Assembly: GCA_032718475.1 (NCBI GenBank)
Contig: JAUCBJ010005946.1
Span: 18,644 to 82,643 of the forward strand
Length of the DNA stretch: 64,000 nt
From: Nemertoderma westbladi
Lineage: Eukaryota > Animalia > Xenacoelomorpha
Reading direction: 5' to 3'
Position numbers and translations under genes: made by a program. Positions 39,604-51,546 of this stretch are shown here, piece after piece (position 1 is the first letter of the stretch; each line of letters opens with the position of its first letter). The notes beneath the pieces are model-generated. The model was not told the origin of the DNA and did no database searches. It saw only the letters and a program-made list of their open reading frames with translations.

Positions 39604-40423
39604 GTGCTACCTGTGTGTAATAAAGCACCAATAGGAGGCGTGCTACCTGTGTGTAATGAAGCAACCAATAGGAGGCGTGCTACCTGTGTGAAATGAAGCA
39701 ACCAATAGGAGGCGTGCTACCTGTGTGAAATGAAGCAACCAATAGGAGGCGTGCTACCTGTGTGTAATGAAGCAACCAATAGGAGGCGTGCTAGCTGTTT
39801 GTAATAAAGCAACCAATAGGAGGCGTGCTACCTGTGTTTAATGAAGCAACCAATAGGAGGCGTGCAACCTGTGTGTAATAATGCAACCAATAGGAGGCGT
39901 GCTACCTGTGTGTAATAATGCAACCAATAGGAGGCGTGGTACCTGTGTGTAATAATGCAACCAATGGGAGGCGTGCAACCTGCGTGTAATAATGCAACCA
40001 ATAGGAGGCGTGCTACCTGTGTGTAATAATGCAACCAATAGGAGGCGTGCTACCTGTGTGTAATAATGCAACCAATAGGAGGCGTGGTACCTGTGTGTAA
40101 TAATGCAACCAATGGGAGGCGTGCAACCTGTGTGTAATAATGCAACCAATAGAAGGCGTGCTACCTGTGTGTAATAATGCAACCAATAGGAGGCATGCTA
40201 CCTGTGTGTAATAATGCAACCAATGGGAGGCGTGCTACCTGTGTGTAATAATGCAACCAATAGGAGGCGTGGTACCTGTGTGTAATAATGCAACCAATGG
40301 GAGGCGTGCAACCTGTGTGTAATAATGCAACCAATAGGAGGCGTGCTACCTGTGTGTAATAATGCAACCAATAGGAGGCGTGCTACCTGTGTGTAATAAA
40401 GCAACCAATAGGAGGCATGCTAC

Positions 40424-40685
40424 CTGTGTGTAATAATTCTTCCGTGGTCCGTTTGGCAGCTCCGCCATATAAATCCTCTCGTCTACAACGTACGTCATCA
40501 CATCGGTGTTGCGTGCCAACAATCTCCCGTTGCTTATTAACTCGTGAACGGGAATAGCGACCTCTTCTTCGTCAGTGTGGTTTCCCCACAGGTATAGGAT
40601 ATCCAAGGATGAGTTGATTGACATCGCGTCCGCAATTAATCTCAGGCCTTTGCCGTGCAGATGGTTATATTTTAGATTCAATGAG
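40424..40685 (-). CDS. LRRC34: LRRC34 exon 5
   Basis: ctcacag acceptor; SLNLKYNHL...LYLWGN...NTDVMTYVVDERIYMAELPNGPRKNYYTQ, matching the recalled vertebrate LRRC34 C-terminus (IYIWGN...NTDVEPFVVDGRVYLAEVSNGLKKHYY). Confidence 0.92.
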
Positions 40686-40952
40686 CTGTGAGTAAAATAA
40701 AAATATAATGTTACAGTACGAGGCGCATCACTTCCGAAAAATAAACGCACACAAAAGTAAAGTTAGAGAGCAACACAATATAGTGATGAAAATCACCTTA
40801 CAGGTTTAAGGAGGTCTAACATCCCTGAGTAGTAAATAAACCGAACATCTCACTAGTTATGGAAAATAAATTTGAATATTTATATAATTTTATGTTAAAA
40901 TCTCATGCTATGTAGTTAAGTTCTCTATTTTATGGTAGAGTGAAAATGGTGA

Positions 40953-41254
40953 TTATACTTTAGATTAAAGTTACATTGTAAGGTTCGAGCCGATCTGGAA
41001 AAGAAACTCACTTTAAAGTAAAGTTATATTGTAATGCTCGCTCCTATGTGGCAAAGAGACTCACTTTTAGACTAAAGTTACATTGTAAGGCTCGCTACTA
41101 TATGGAAACTAAACTCACTTTAGAGTGAAGTTACATTGTAAGGCTCGCTTCTATATGGAAACTAAACTCACTTTAGAGTGAAGTTACATTGTAAGCCTCG
41201 CTTCTATATGGAAACTAAACTCACTTTAGAGTGAAGTTACATTGTAAGGCTCGC
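40953..41254 (-). repeat. 53-bp tandem repeat, about 5.5 copies; unit is the LRRC34 exon 4 end plus its splice donor
   Basis: Minus-strand unit GCGAGCCTTACAATGTAACTTCACTCTAAA|GTGAGTTTAGTTTCCATATAGAA; copies diverge with distance from the exon. Confidence 0.95.
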
Positions 41255-41507
41255 GCCATGTGTCCAGCGCCTTCATCTTCCATCCGATTGTAACTCAAGT
41301 CCAATATCTCCAGCGTGGTGTTCTTCTCCAACATGTCGCAGAGAAAGCGAACTCCGTCACGTGTGATACGGTTACAGCTGAGGTTCAGTTCCACCAACGA
41401 GGAATTCTCGTAAAGGCCCGCAGCCAATCGCTCGGCTCCGAAGTCGCATACGTGGACCTTCATTAAATTGAGTTCCCGCAAAGTATTGTTGATAGACAAC
41501 ATTTGTC
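41225..41507 (-). CDS. LRRC34: LRRC34 exon 4
   Basis: cctcag acceptor; RI-like LRRs (LVELNLSCNRITRDG, LEILDLSYNRMEDEGA); donor AA|gtgagt, phase 2. Confidence 0.92.
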
Positions 41508-41715
41508 CTGAGGTTAAATAATTGGAATCATTACTAGAGGATGTTACAAAACTAAAAATAAACAAAACAAATATGACTACAAGGCATGTGTTGTGTAGTG
41601 TAGTGACACAATAATGTAGACAAGTAATAAATAACCACAATCAAAACTTGAATTAATTAATAAATTAAAATTTATTAATAATTAAGAATTAATTAAATAC
41701 TAAAGTTGTACAAAC

Positions 41716-41916
41716 CTAGGTGAACCTGTGTCTCTTCCTGTACGCTATAGAGTAAAGGGCGGCCTAAGTTAATGGATTGGATGCTGTGGTTGGATCTGAG
41801 AACAGTCGACAGAGCTATCATCGATTCCATGGTCAGATCGCACTCGTTTAGATCCAAATTCACGAGACCGGAGTTGATCTGCAGAGCGCCGGCAATGTGC
41901 ATTCCACCCCTGTTAC
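41716..41916 (-). CDS. LRRC34: LRRC34 exon 3
   Basis: NRGGMHIAGALQINSGLVNLDLNECDL...INLGRPLLYSVQEETQVHL, close to the recalled LRRC34 sequence (INLNRPILYSEQEESTVHV); phase 1 to phase 1. Confidence 0.92.
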
Positions 41917-41944
41917 CTGTTAACGATTCACAAATGTAATCTAC

Positions 41945-43078
41945 TGTAAAAGCGTTTGCGGACATAACATGTCATTTTACGCAATGCGCAGAATACTCTA
42001 AAACAGCCCTAAAATTGTTCAACTAAGCGTCGGAAGGAAATTAGAACCAAGATGACGAAATCTGTCAGCTGATTCTTTGTGTACGTGGAGATCTCTTTGT
42101 CCCAGCTTATTCAGCCAATCAGAGCAATCTTCCCAGTTATGCCAGCAGAGACCTACCTGAGAAAACTAGCGCATGCGCATTTAGTTATCGTTTTTCTGAG
42201 AATTAGATTCCTCTCAGAATTCTGTACTAAGTACGGACTTTTCAGACTTTAGCCCAAGAACATCTGATGGCTGGAGTTACAAGGACGTAAATCTATTAAC
42301 GCATCGTATGACGACGCATAACATAACTACTTAATACGACGCATTGCACCAAACTGAACTTCATGAACACATACTGACTGTTCACCGCACTGTTTTACTG
42401 CTATTTTATATTGTGTTAATTGTTGTTTATATTAATGGATGTTATATTTAGAGAATACCGATAAATAATTGTAAACCCCCTCAATCTTCTTGATTACTGA
42501 GGTAAGCGGAGAAAGAGTTTACCGGTAGCAACTGCGACTTAAATTATAGTGGTTTTTGTGTGAATTAAATGCTATTTCATAATCCCTACGTGTGTCAGTT
42601 GCAATCCTCCTTATATATGATCAAAATCAGTGACGGTCGGCAAATTAGTGTGAATTAGTGTAAATTAGTGTGAAGTAGTGTGAAGTCGTGTGAAGGTTAA
42701 TAAAGCATCTCCTAAAGAATGCGCTATTTACGAAACTCTGTGGCCATCTAGTTGTGATTAGTGTAAGTCATAACTCTGTTTTTATACTTAAAGCGCCACG
42801 TCCTAAAGGAACTGTTAATATTTCCCCGAAAGTAAATATAGTTGTCAGAGATTATATAGTAGCGATCAATCGAATAATACAAAGTAGCTTAAACCGAAAT
42901 ACTTCCTCCGGAACCCGAATCCAGTCTCCCACACCGTGGGTCATACGCCGCGCACGGACTGGCTTCGGCAGATGTAAATTCAGTACACCAGGTAATTGGT
43001 ACGGGCAAAGTCGATTCATAATCAAAAGGACAATTCAAATTGGCAGGTTAAACTGCTAAAGGTCTGAAAGCGCGAACA
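41945..43078. mobile_element. Solo LTR (1134 bp)
   Basis: TG...CA termini are flanked by the 5-bp direct repeat TCTAC (41940-41944, 43079-43083). Internal CCAATCAG, GCGCATGCGC and AATAAA motifs are present. Confidence 0.75.
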
Positions 43079-43228
43079 TCTACTGTACCATAAAAGGGCC
43101 AACCCAACCTTGTAGAACAGATATCCACTATAAATTATAAAGTGCTTTAAAAATATAAATATATATTAAATATATATATTATATAAAATAAATATTGCTT
43201 ATCATTTTGAGCACCATTCCCAGAAAAG

Positions 43229-45622
43229 CTAGCCTTTTCACTTCGTGCAGAAATGCTGGTTTACGTGGGTAGCCTTTATACTTCACAAAGAAATACTTGT
43301 TTATGTGGGTAGCCTTTATACTTCACAAAGAAATGCTGGTTTACGTGGGTAGCCTTTATACTTCACAAAGAAATACTGGTTTACGTGGGTAGCCTTTATA
43401 CTTCACAAAGAAATACTGGTTTATGTGGGTAGCCTTTATACTTCACAAAGAAATACTGGTTTACGTGGGTAGCTGTTATACTTCACAAAGAAATACTGGT
43501 TTAAGTGGGTAGCCTTTATATTTCACAAAGAAATACTGGTTTACGTGGGTAGCCTTTATACTTCACAAAGAAATACTGGTTTATGTGGGTAGCCTTTATA
43601 CTTCACAAAGAAATACTGGTTTACGTGGGTAGCCTTTATACTTCACAAAGAAATACTGGTTTACGTGGGTAGCCATTATACTTCACAAAGAAATACTGGT
43701 TTACGTGGGTAGCCTTTATACTTCACAAAGAAATGCTGGTTTACGTGGGTAGCCTTTATACTTCACAAAGAAATACTGGTTTATGTGGGTAGCCTTTATA
43801 CTTCACAAAGAAATACTGGTTTACGTGGGTAGCCTTTATACTTCACAAAGAAATGCTGGTTTACGTGGGTAGCCTTTATACTTCACAAAGAAATACTGGT
43901 TTATGTGGGTAGCGTTTATACTTCACAAATAAATACTGGTTTACGTGGGTAGCCTTTATACTTCACAAAGAAATACTGGTTTATGTGGGTAGCCTTTATA
44001 CTTCACAAAGAAATACTGGTTTACGTGGGTAGCCTTTATACTTCACAAAGAAATACTGGTTTACGTGGGGAGCCTTTATACTTCACAAAGAAATACTGGT
44101 TTACGTGGGTAGCCTTTATACTTCACAAAGAAATGCTGGTTTACGTGGGTAGCCTTTATACTTCACAAAGAAATACTGGTTTATGTGGGTAGCCTTTATA
44201 CTTCACAAAGAAATACTGGTTTACGTGGGTAGCCTTTATACTTCACAAAGAAATGCTGGTTTACGTGGGTAGCCTTTATACTTCACAAATAAATGCTGGT
44301 TTACGTGGGTAGCCTTTATACTTCACAAAGAAATACTGGTTTACATGGGTGGCCTTTATACTTCACAAAGAAATGCTGGTTTACGTGGCTAGCCTTTATA
44401 CTTCCCAAATAAATGCTGGTTTACATAGGTAGTCTTTATACTTGATAAAGAAATACTGGTTTACGTGGGTAGCCTTTATACTTCACAAAGAAATGACGGT
44501 TTACGTGGGTGGCCTTAATACTTCACAAAGAAATGCTGGTTTACGTGGGTAGCCTTTATACTTCACAAAGAAATGCTGGTTTACGTGGGTAGCCTTTATA
44601 CTTCATAAAGAAATGACGGTTTACGTGGGTGGCCTTTATACTGTACTTCACAAAGAAATACTGGTTTACATGGGTGGCCTTTATACTTCACAAAGAAATG
44701 CTGGTTTACGTGGGTAGCCTTTATACTTCACAAATAAATGCTGGTTTATGTGGGTAGCCTTTATACTTCACAAAGAAATACTGGTTTATGTGGGTAGCCT
44801 TTATACTTCACAAAGAAATGCTGGTTTACGTGGGTAGCCTTTATACTTCACAACGAAATACTGGTTTACGTGGGTAGCCTTTATACTTCACAAAGAAATA
44901 CTGGTTTACGTGGGTAGCCTTTATACTTCACAAAGAAATGCTGGTTTACGTGGGTAGCCTTTATACTTCACAAAGAAATGCTGGTTTACGTGGGTAGCCT
45001 TTATACTTCACAACGAAATACTGGTTTACGTGGGTAGCCTTTATACTTCACAAAGAAATGCTGGGTTATGTGGGTAGCCTTTATACTTCACAAAGAAATG
45101 CTGGTTTACGTGGGTAGCCTTTATACTTCACAACGAAATACTGGTTTACGAGGGTAGCCTTTATACTTCACAAAGAAATGCTGGTTTACGTGGGTAGCCT
45201 TTATACTTCACAAAGAAATACTAGTTTACGTGGGTAGCCTTTATACTTCACAACGAAATACTGGTTTACGTGGGTAGCCTTTATACTTCACAAAGAAATG
45301 CTGGTTTATGTGGGTAGCCTTTATACTTCACAAAGAAATACTGGTTTACGTGGGTAGCCTTTATACTTCATAAAGAAATGACGGTTTATGTGGGTAGCCT
45401 TTATACTTCACAAAGAAATACTGGTTTACGTGGGTAGCCTTTATACTTCACAAAGAAATACTAGTTTACGTGGGTAGCCTTTATACTTCACAAAGAAATG
45501 CTGGTTTATGTGGGTAGCCTTTATACTTCACAAAGAAATACTGGTTTACGTGGGTAGCCTTTATACTTCATAAAGAAATGACGGTTTATGTGGGTAGCCT
45601 TTATACTTCACAAAGAAATGCT
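43229..45622. repeat. 40-bp minisatellite, about 59 copies
   Basis: Unit CTTCACAAAGAAATACTGGTTTACGTGGGTAGCCTTTATA, inside LRRC34 intron 2. Confidence 0.98.
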
Positions 45623-45959
45623 AAAGGTGGTGTTGCATAAAATCATGTGCTTGTAATTATATGGTAATATAATTATAGATTTTTACAGTTGTATTTTGTA
45701 GAATTAGACTAATAATACAAAACCATATTATTTTTTTAGGCAACACCCCCGTTTATTTGAGTGGTATATTTACTTCGCACATAATTGCTGACATATTTCC
45801 ATGTAAATTTTCAGAAACTAAAAATGAACTAATATAAGTACATATAAAAGTAATTTTATATTATATGAAATTCACAAAATGCATTATTTATATCATAAAT
45901 ATGAATAATACAGTAGGCAAAGCCAAAACAGTGACAATACTGCAATATAATTTTCGTAC

Positions 45960-46111
45960 CTATTTTATTCCCAGTTAGTCTTAGACCCATCAACGTTTCG
46001 TTATTGTGCAGCGCCTTGGCGATGTGTTCAGCACCTTCTTCTGTTATGTCGCACATTTGTAGGTCCAGGTAACATAACGAACTGTTATTTTGTAATAGAT
46101 CTGCAACAAAC
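45960..46111 (-). CDS. LRRC34: LRRC34 exon 2
   Basis: ttttaatag acceptor; FVADLLQNNSSLCYLDLQMCDITEEGAEHIAKALHNNETLMGLRLTGNKI; donor AG|gtacga. Confidence 0.92.
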
Positions 46112-46396
46112 CTATTAAAAAAATCGTTGTTACTGTATAATCTATTATTTAAAAATTTATGTCATGGCTAGTAATATGACTTAATATATATCATGACGAG
46201 GCCTACAGTACTTGGTAGTTTACTAATTAATCTCATTGCATTCCACAATTATATTAATACTTCGAAACAAATCTACTATAATTAACACATAAATAACGAA
46301 TTCAATTAATTCAGCATTCCTCTAAATTCGCTTGTAACTAAATATCAACACAGACATAGGGCTGGGCTGCATGAATGTTACTGAAGTCAAATATTA

Positions 46397-46612
46397 TATG
46401 TATAGTGTTGGCCTATATGTATAGTGTTTGCCTATATATTATAGTGTTGGCCTATATGTATAGTGTTTGCCTATATATTATAGTGTTGGCCTATATGTAT
46501 AGTGTTTGCCTATATATTATAGTGTTGGCCTATATGTATAGTGTTTGCCTATATATTATAGTGTTGGCCTATATGTATAGTGTTGGCCTATATGTATAGT
46601 GTTTGCCTATAT
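46397..46612. repeat. 39-bp (19+20) tandem repeat, about 5.5 copies
   Basis: Unit TATAGTGTTGGCCTATATG-TATAGTGTTTGCCTATATAT. Confidence 0.93.
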
Positions 46613-46842
46613 GTAGTAGTTCCGGGAAAGCGGCCCGGCCCTGTATTCGATAAACAATATTAAAATGCACAATATAATTATGATTACCTACGCTAAAAAC
46701 TACAATCTACTGCATTATCTCGCGATAAACGTACAAGAAGAACTTATTTTTCGTCTATCGAGAGAAATTAATTTATAATTTACTATTTAATATTTGTGTG
46801 AAAGAAAATAAATGTACCTGTGAACAGAAATAACTGCCAGAT

Positions 46843-49800
46843 TTATTGAGTTTCAATTAAGTGTTGCTTTAGTGCCTTCTTGAACATTTGGGCAGAGCCT
46901 TTGAACCGTTGCAAACTGTCAGGAAGTTCATTCCATAAATTAAGACCCCTGTATAGTAAGTGTGAGCGAGCAAAATTAGTACGTGGTGATGGTAATCTAT
47001 AATGGAATTGCTGTCTAGTTTTCCGTCCGTGAATACTGATATTAGTTACCATTTTTGTCTTAAAATTTTTGGGTACAAAACAGTAGTTCATGCGGTAGTT
47101 GTATATCGTTTTCAAACTGAGGAATTTGTACATTGCATTAATTTTAAGAAATTTATGATTTGAAAAAATTGATTGTGTTGGGTGTCGGTATGGTTTTAAT
47201 TCAACGATGCGGACAGCTTTCTTTTGTAGCCGGACTAGAGGATTAAGAGTGCTGTCATTAATATTACAATTACCCCAAACAGTTAAAGCATACGATATAT
47301 AAGGTTCTACCAATGTATTATATAGGAGCTTCCTAATCTGTATTGGAACGAAATGCTTGATCTTATTTATTACACCTACGTTTTTTGATACTTTTATGCG
47401 AATATTTTGTATATGTAAATGCCATGAGAAATTTGATTGGAGGTGAATACCAAGAAATTTAATATTTTCAGTATAGTTTATTGTTCGCCCATCGATTTTG
47501 ACCCCTGTGTTTTTTGGATTATATGGCTTCATTGAGAACACCATATATTTTGTTTTATCGAGATTTAAAGATAGTTTATTTAAGCAAATCCATTGATATA
47601 TTTTATGTATTTCTTTGTTCATTGTTGATATCAGATCATGTACGTTTTCGCCTGAAATAAATAAGTTTGTATCATCAGCAAAGAGTATGAAATTTACGAT
47701 TTTTGAAGAATTTGAGATGTCATTTATGTAAATTAAAAATAAAATTGGGCCAAGGACAGACCCCTGCGGAACTCCACATATCACATCAAGTGTATCTGAA
47801 ATTGTTCCATTTAAATCAACGTATTGGGTTCGATTGTGGAGATAACTGGAAAACCATGCTAATGGGGTTCCGCGTACACCGTAATGCTCAAGTTTTTTTA
47901 ATAGGATTGAATGATTAACGGTATCAAAGGCTTTGCTAAAATCCAAGAAAACACCAAGTGTAAGATGTTTATTTTCAATAGCATCTGACAAATTAGATTG
48001 CAGGAGAGTGAGAGCTGTTATAGTTGATTTTTCCGATTGAAATCCGAACTGATTTTCATAAATAATAGAGTTTTTTATCATAAAGTTTACGAATTGTCGA
48101 GAAACAGCCTTTTCTAGAATTTTCGAAAAAAATGGGAGTATACTTATAGGACGGTAATTACCAAATTGATCGGCGTTACTATGTTTGAAAATAGGTACAA
48201 TTCTTGCCACTTTCATTAGATCTGGGAATATTCCCAGAGATAATGATTGATTAAGGATGTGTGTCAATGGATGGGCTATGTAGAGAAAGTTTAGCCTAGC
48301 GATTTGAGAATCAACACCGTCCGAAGTCAAGGCTTTTGAATTGGTTATTGATGAGGCAATATCATATACATCTTTAGTACTTAGTGGTGAAAAGTATAGT
48401 GAGGATGCGGTTTGGTTACCTAGGGTATCATATATGGAACCATTAGTATTAGGAATATTTTTCGCTAAGTTTGGACCTACATTACGATAAAAGTTATTGA
48501 ATCCATTTGCAATCGCTGTGTTATTCCTAATTGACGAATTGTTTACTGTAAATGTATCAGGATAGTTTTGAGGCGAGCATGAGGCTCGGGGGTTTATAAG
48601 TGTTTTTATTATTTTCCAGGTTTTCATCGTATTATTTCTATGAATATTAAATAATTTCTCAAAATAAGCTTTTTTTGCATTCCTAATTATTTTAGTAAGT
48701 TGGTTTTTATAAGCCGTATATTCGATTTTTTTGCTTAGAGATCTGCTATTAATGTATTTTGAATATAGTGCATGCTTACGTTTGATACATTTATAAATAC
48801 TTTCAGATAGCCAAGGTTTATCGCTATTTATTATCTTTATTTTTTTAGTGGGAAAACATTTGTTATATAGCTTCTGATATATTTCAATAAACGTATTGTA
48901 AGCAATATTGGGGTCACTTTCTTGCGTAACTTCTTCCCAGCCTCCATTGTTAAAAGTTTGTTTAAGGATCTCCACAAATTTTTTACTGTTTGTTTCTGAT
49001 CTATCCGTAACTAAGATGTAAGATGGTTTACTATGTTTACTGGGAATTGTTATTTCAGAATTGACAAATATGGGTAGATGGTCAGATAAACTGGCTACAA
49101 TTATTCCAGATTTACGAATGTTTGTAATATCGTTTGTTATGATATTATCAATACAGGTTGCAGTAGTTTCTGTTATACGAGTTGGTTTGGTAATAACAGG
49201 ATAAAAAAACTGTTCTGATAGTAGTTCAAAAAAATCAGTTGGTTGTTTATGGATATTAACTCCTAACATATCTATGTTAAAGTCGCCAAGAAGGTAACAA
49301 ATTTTATTTTCTGTATTAATCTGTTCTAAAATGTGTTTTAATTTCCTTAGAAAGCCAATTACATCTTTTGCAGGTGGACGATATATACATCCTATGATAA
49401 TATTTTTTTGCATTTTCTCGATCCCACTCGGCAAAAACTGACTCCAAATCAGGCTCATCTTTCTCGAGATCATGGCGGGGTTTGCAATTCAAGTTATTGC
49501 TTAAATAGAGACTACATCCCCCGCCACGTTGATTGGCACGAGGTTTGCTATGGTAAATTTTGTATCCATCCAGCTGATAGTCATTAAGGTTGTCCTTTTT
49601 CAACCAAGTTTCAGTTAGAGCAATTGCGGAAAAGGGTTTCTCTATTATTTGTAATAAATCGTATAGATTATGAAAATTCTTCGGAACACTCCTTATATTC
49701 GTATGAAAAAGAGACAATCCATTTTCTTGCTGATTTTTTAAGTTAAAATCTGTTGACACCAAATTGTTATAGTAACGACATTGAATTTTAGTGTAAATGT

Positions 49801-50188
49801 TATTTAGTATATTGCTATCTGGATTATTGTCTCTGTCAAATTCAAAATTGGTGTCACCTGCATTCAAATCTGTCAGTCAAACTGTATTAGAGGTTAAAAG
49901 GTCAATATCGATTATCGAAGGCAATCGATAGTCGTATATTGTTAAAAGAAACTCATCTTCGTCTATAATATTTGTGAAAGGCAGTGCATTAAAAATACAA
50001 TGTGGGCAAAACCAAATGGACTGAGATAAGAGTTGTTTAAATTCTGAAAATTTAAGAGATGGGATACAACGGTAGTGAACAAATTGCTTACAAGCAGCAC
50101 ATTTCAATTTAGAGATATTGGAGCTTTTTATTAATTTAGTGCAATAGTGGCAAGTGCTATTTTGAATCATATAAAATTTAAGATTCAA
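46843..50188 (-). pseudogene. LINE ORF2 (PHD finger, APE endonuclease, reverse transcriptase) with one in-frame TGA and one +1 frameshift
   Basis: PHD CxxC...CxxC...HxxC...WFCPHC; endonuclease motifs LTETWL, GDFN and SDH; RT motifs NYRPIS, DFSKAFD, GVPQGSVLGP and FADD. TGA at 49877-49879; extra A in the A7 run at 49403-49409. Confidence 0.93.
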
Positions 50189-50517
50189 TAAAATTAAGAC
50201 AAATTAGGAGAAAACAATGCAGTAGATTAAAGCTAAAAAAACAAACTAACTAACTAATACGCTACAAGTAAACGCTACAAAGCCTAGTATATATGTAGGA
50301 TAAGATAGTTAGTGTAAAAGCTATAGGGAGTAAACAGTTCAAGCAGTCAGTAAGTCCTTTCCTAAACATTATTATGGCTAGACTGTGTCGTATATTTTGG
50401 CGAAATGGCCAATTGTAGTTTTTTGTAAAGAAAACTAAATTTTCCTACACTCATTGCAACCTTGTATGGTGTAAACACAATAATATTACATTCCAATGTC
50501 ATTTAATCTATGTTACC

Positions 50518-51546
50518 TCAGAAACGATGAAATACTGTATCACCTTCCCCAACTGGATCGCTGCTGGTTGATTCTATTCGGTGTGTCAACTCGGTTCCGT
50601 TAGCAGCACTTTTATTGTGGTTCTTGTCTCTAGAGGGAGGTGGGTGGGTGGTCAGTGCTGCGCCTGCCGCTGTCGGTCCAGTGCGATTGTAGCGTTTCCG
50701 GTTCCGCTCGACCTTCTCCTCCAGAGTGAAATGCTTAACGTGTTTAACGTCGTCGTCGCGTTCAATTTCGATTTTGTTACCCTTTTTATCTATAGCAAAG
50801 ATGCGACCATCTCTCGACCAACCAATCCCATTTACACGAATACGTTTTAGTAAATCCCGTCTACGGGGCGTTAAGCACTCAGTTATAAAGCTTGGCGAAG
50901 CGCGAAGGCGGTGGACCTCTCTGAAAATTCTCGCCCGTGTTCTATATCGGACTAACTTGACGATAATCGGTGGATTATATTTACGATTATCGATGGTATC
51001 TATGGGGGCTTTGCTAGGAAGGCGATGACATCTATCCAGATCCCTTTCATCGATATTGAGATTTAGAGATTCCTTGAAGAATTGAAGCACAACATTACAG
51101 GTATCGTCTTCGGATTTCTCACCTGGAAGTTGCTCCAATCCGTGGATCAGGACACAATTCCGACGAGAATATTGCTCGGCATTATCATGACGTAGGGATA
51201 AATTATTGGCCAAATCAGTGAGATTACTTTTAATTTCTTCGATTGAATCGCGTATTTTCTCTACCTCGAAATTAACAAGAGACTTGATTGTATCGATTAA
51301 GGACGATCGTTGTTTAGCACGAAGTTGCTGTTCCGAACTGGATCCACTGCCTGTCACAGTATGACTGGAGATCTCTAATTCTGACCGGTCGTCTAATGCT
51401 TTCGATACTATTTCAGCGATTCTATCGTCCAATCCATCGATGTTGTCCTGTAGACCACCAAGACGCTCCATTTGTTCCGAGATGGATTTGTTAAATACGC
51501 CAGACGATGTCGTACCTTTCTTCCCTTGTTTAAGTTGTTTGGGCAT
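50518..51546 (-). CDS. LINE ORF1 (coiled coil plus RRM-like domain)
   Basis: Intact 342-aa ORF with EQYSRRNCVLIHGL, LDRCHRL, PIIVKL and FITECLTPRR motifs typical of non-LTR ORF1 proteins. Confidence 0.9.
   Translation of the reverse strand: MPKQLKQGKKGTTSSGVFNKSISEQMERLGGLQDNIDGLDDRIAEIVSKALDDRSELEISSHTVTGSGSSSEQQLRAKQRSSLIDTIKSLVNFEVEKIRDSIEEIKSNLTDLANNLSLRHDNAEQYSRRNCVLIHGLEQLPGEKSEDDTCNVVLQFFKESLNLNIDERDLDRCHRLPSKAPIDTIDNRKYNPPIIVKLVRYRTRARIFREVHRLRASPSFITECLTPRRRDLLKRIRVNGIGWSRDGRIFAIDKKGNKIEIERDDDVKHVKHFTLEEKVERNRKRYNRTGPTAAGAALTTHPPPSRDKNHNKSAANGTELTHRIESTSSDPVGEGDTVFHRF

Larger units (their letters stand above)
29573..40437 (-). repeat. 37/41-bp minisatellite, about 280 copies; unit is the LRRC34 exon 5 end plus its splice donor
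   Basis: Minus-strand unit TTATTACACACAG|GTAGCACGCCTCCTATTGGTTGCT. The first copy is the coding end ...NYYTQ of exon 5. Confidence 0.98.

Noticed and set aside
29453-40404. Numerous short Cys/Tyr-rich ORFs in the ORF track
   Set aside because: They are translations of the 37/41-bp satellite on both strands.
43229-45622. 40-bp array as another splice-donor satellite
   Set aside because: It starts about 340 bp from the exon 2 donor and shares no sequence with the exon. It is kept as a counter-example, as are the 39-bp, 52-bp and terminal 32-bp arrays.
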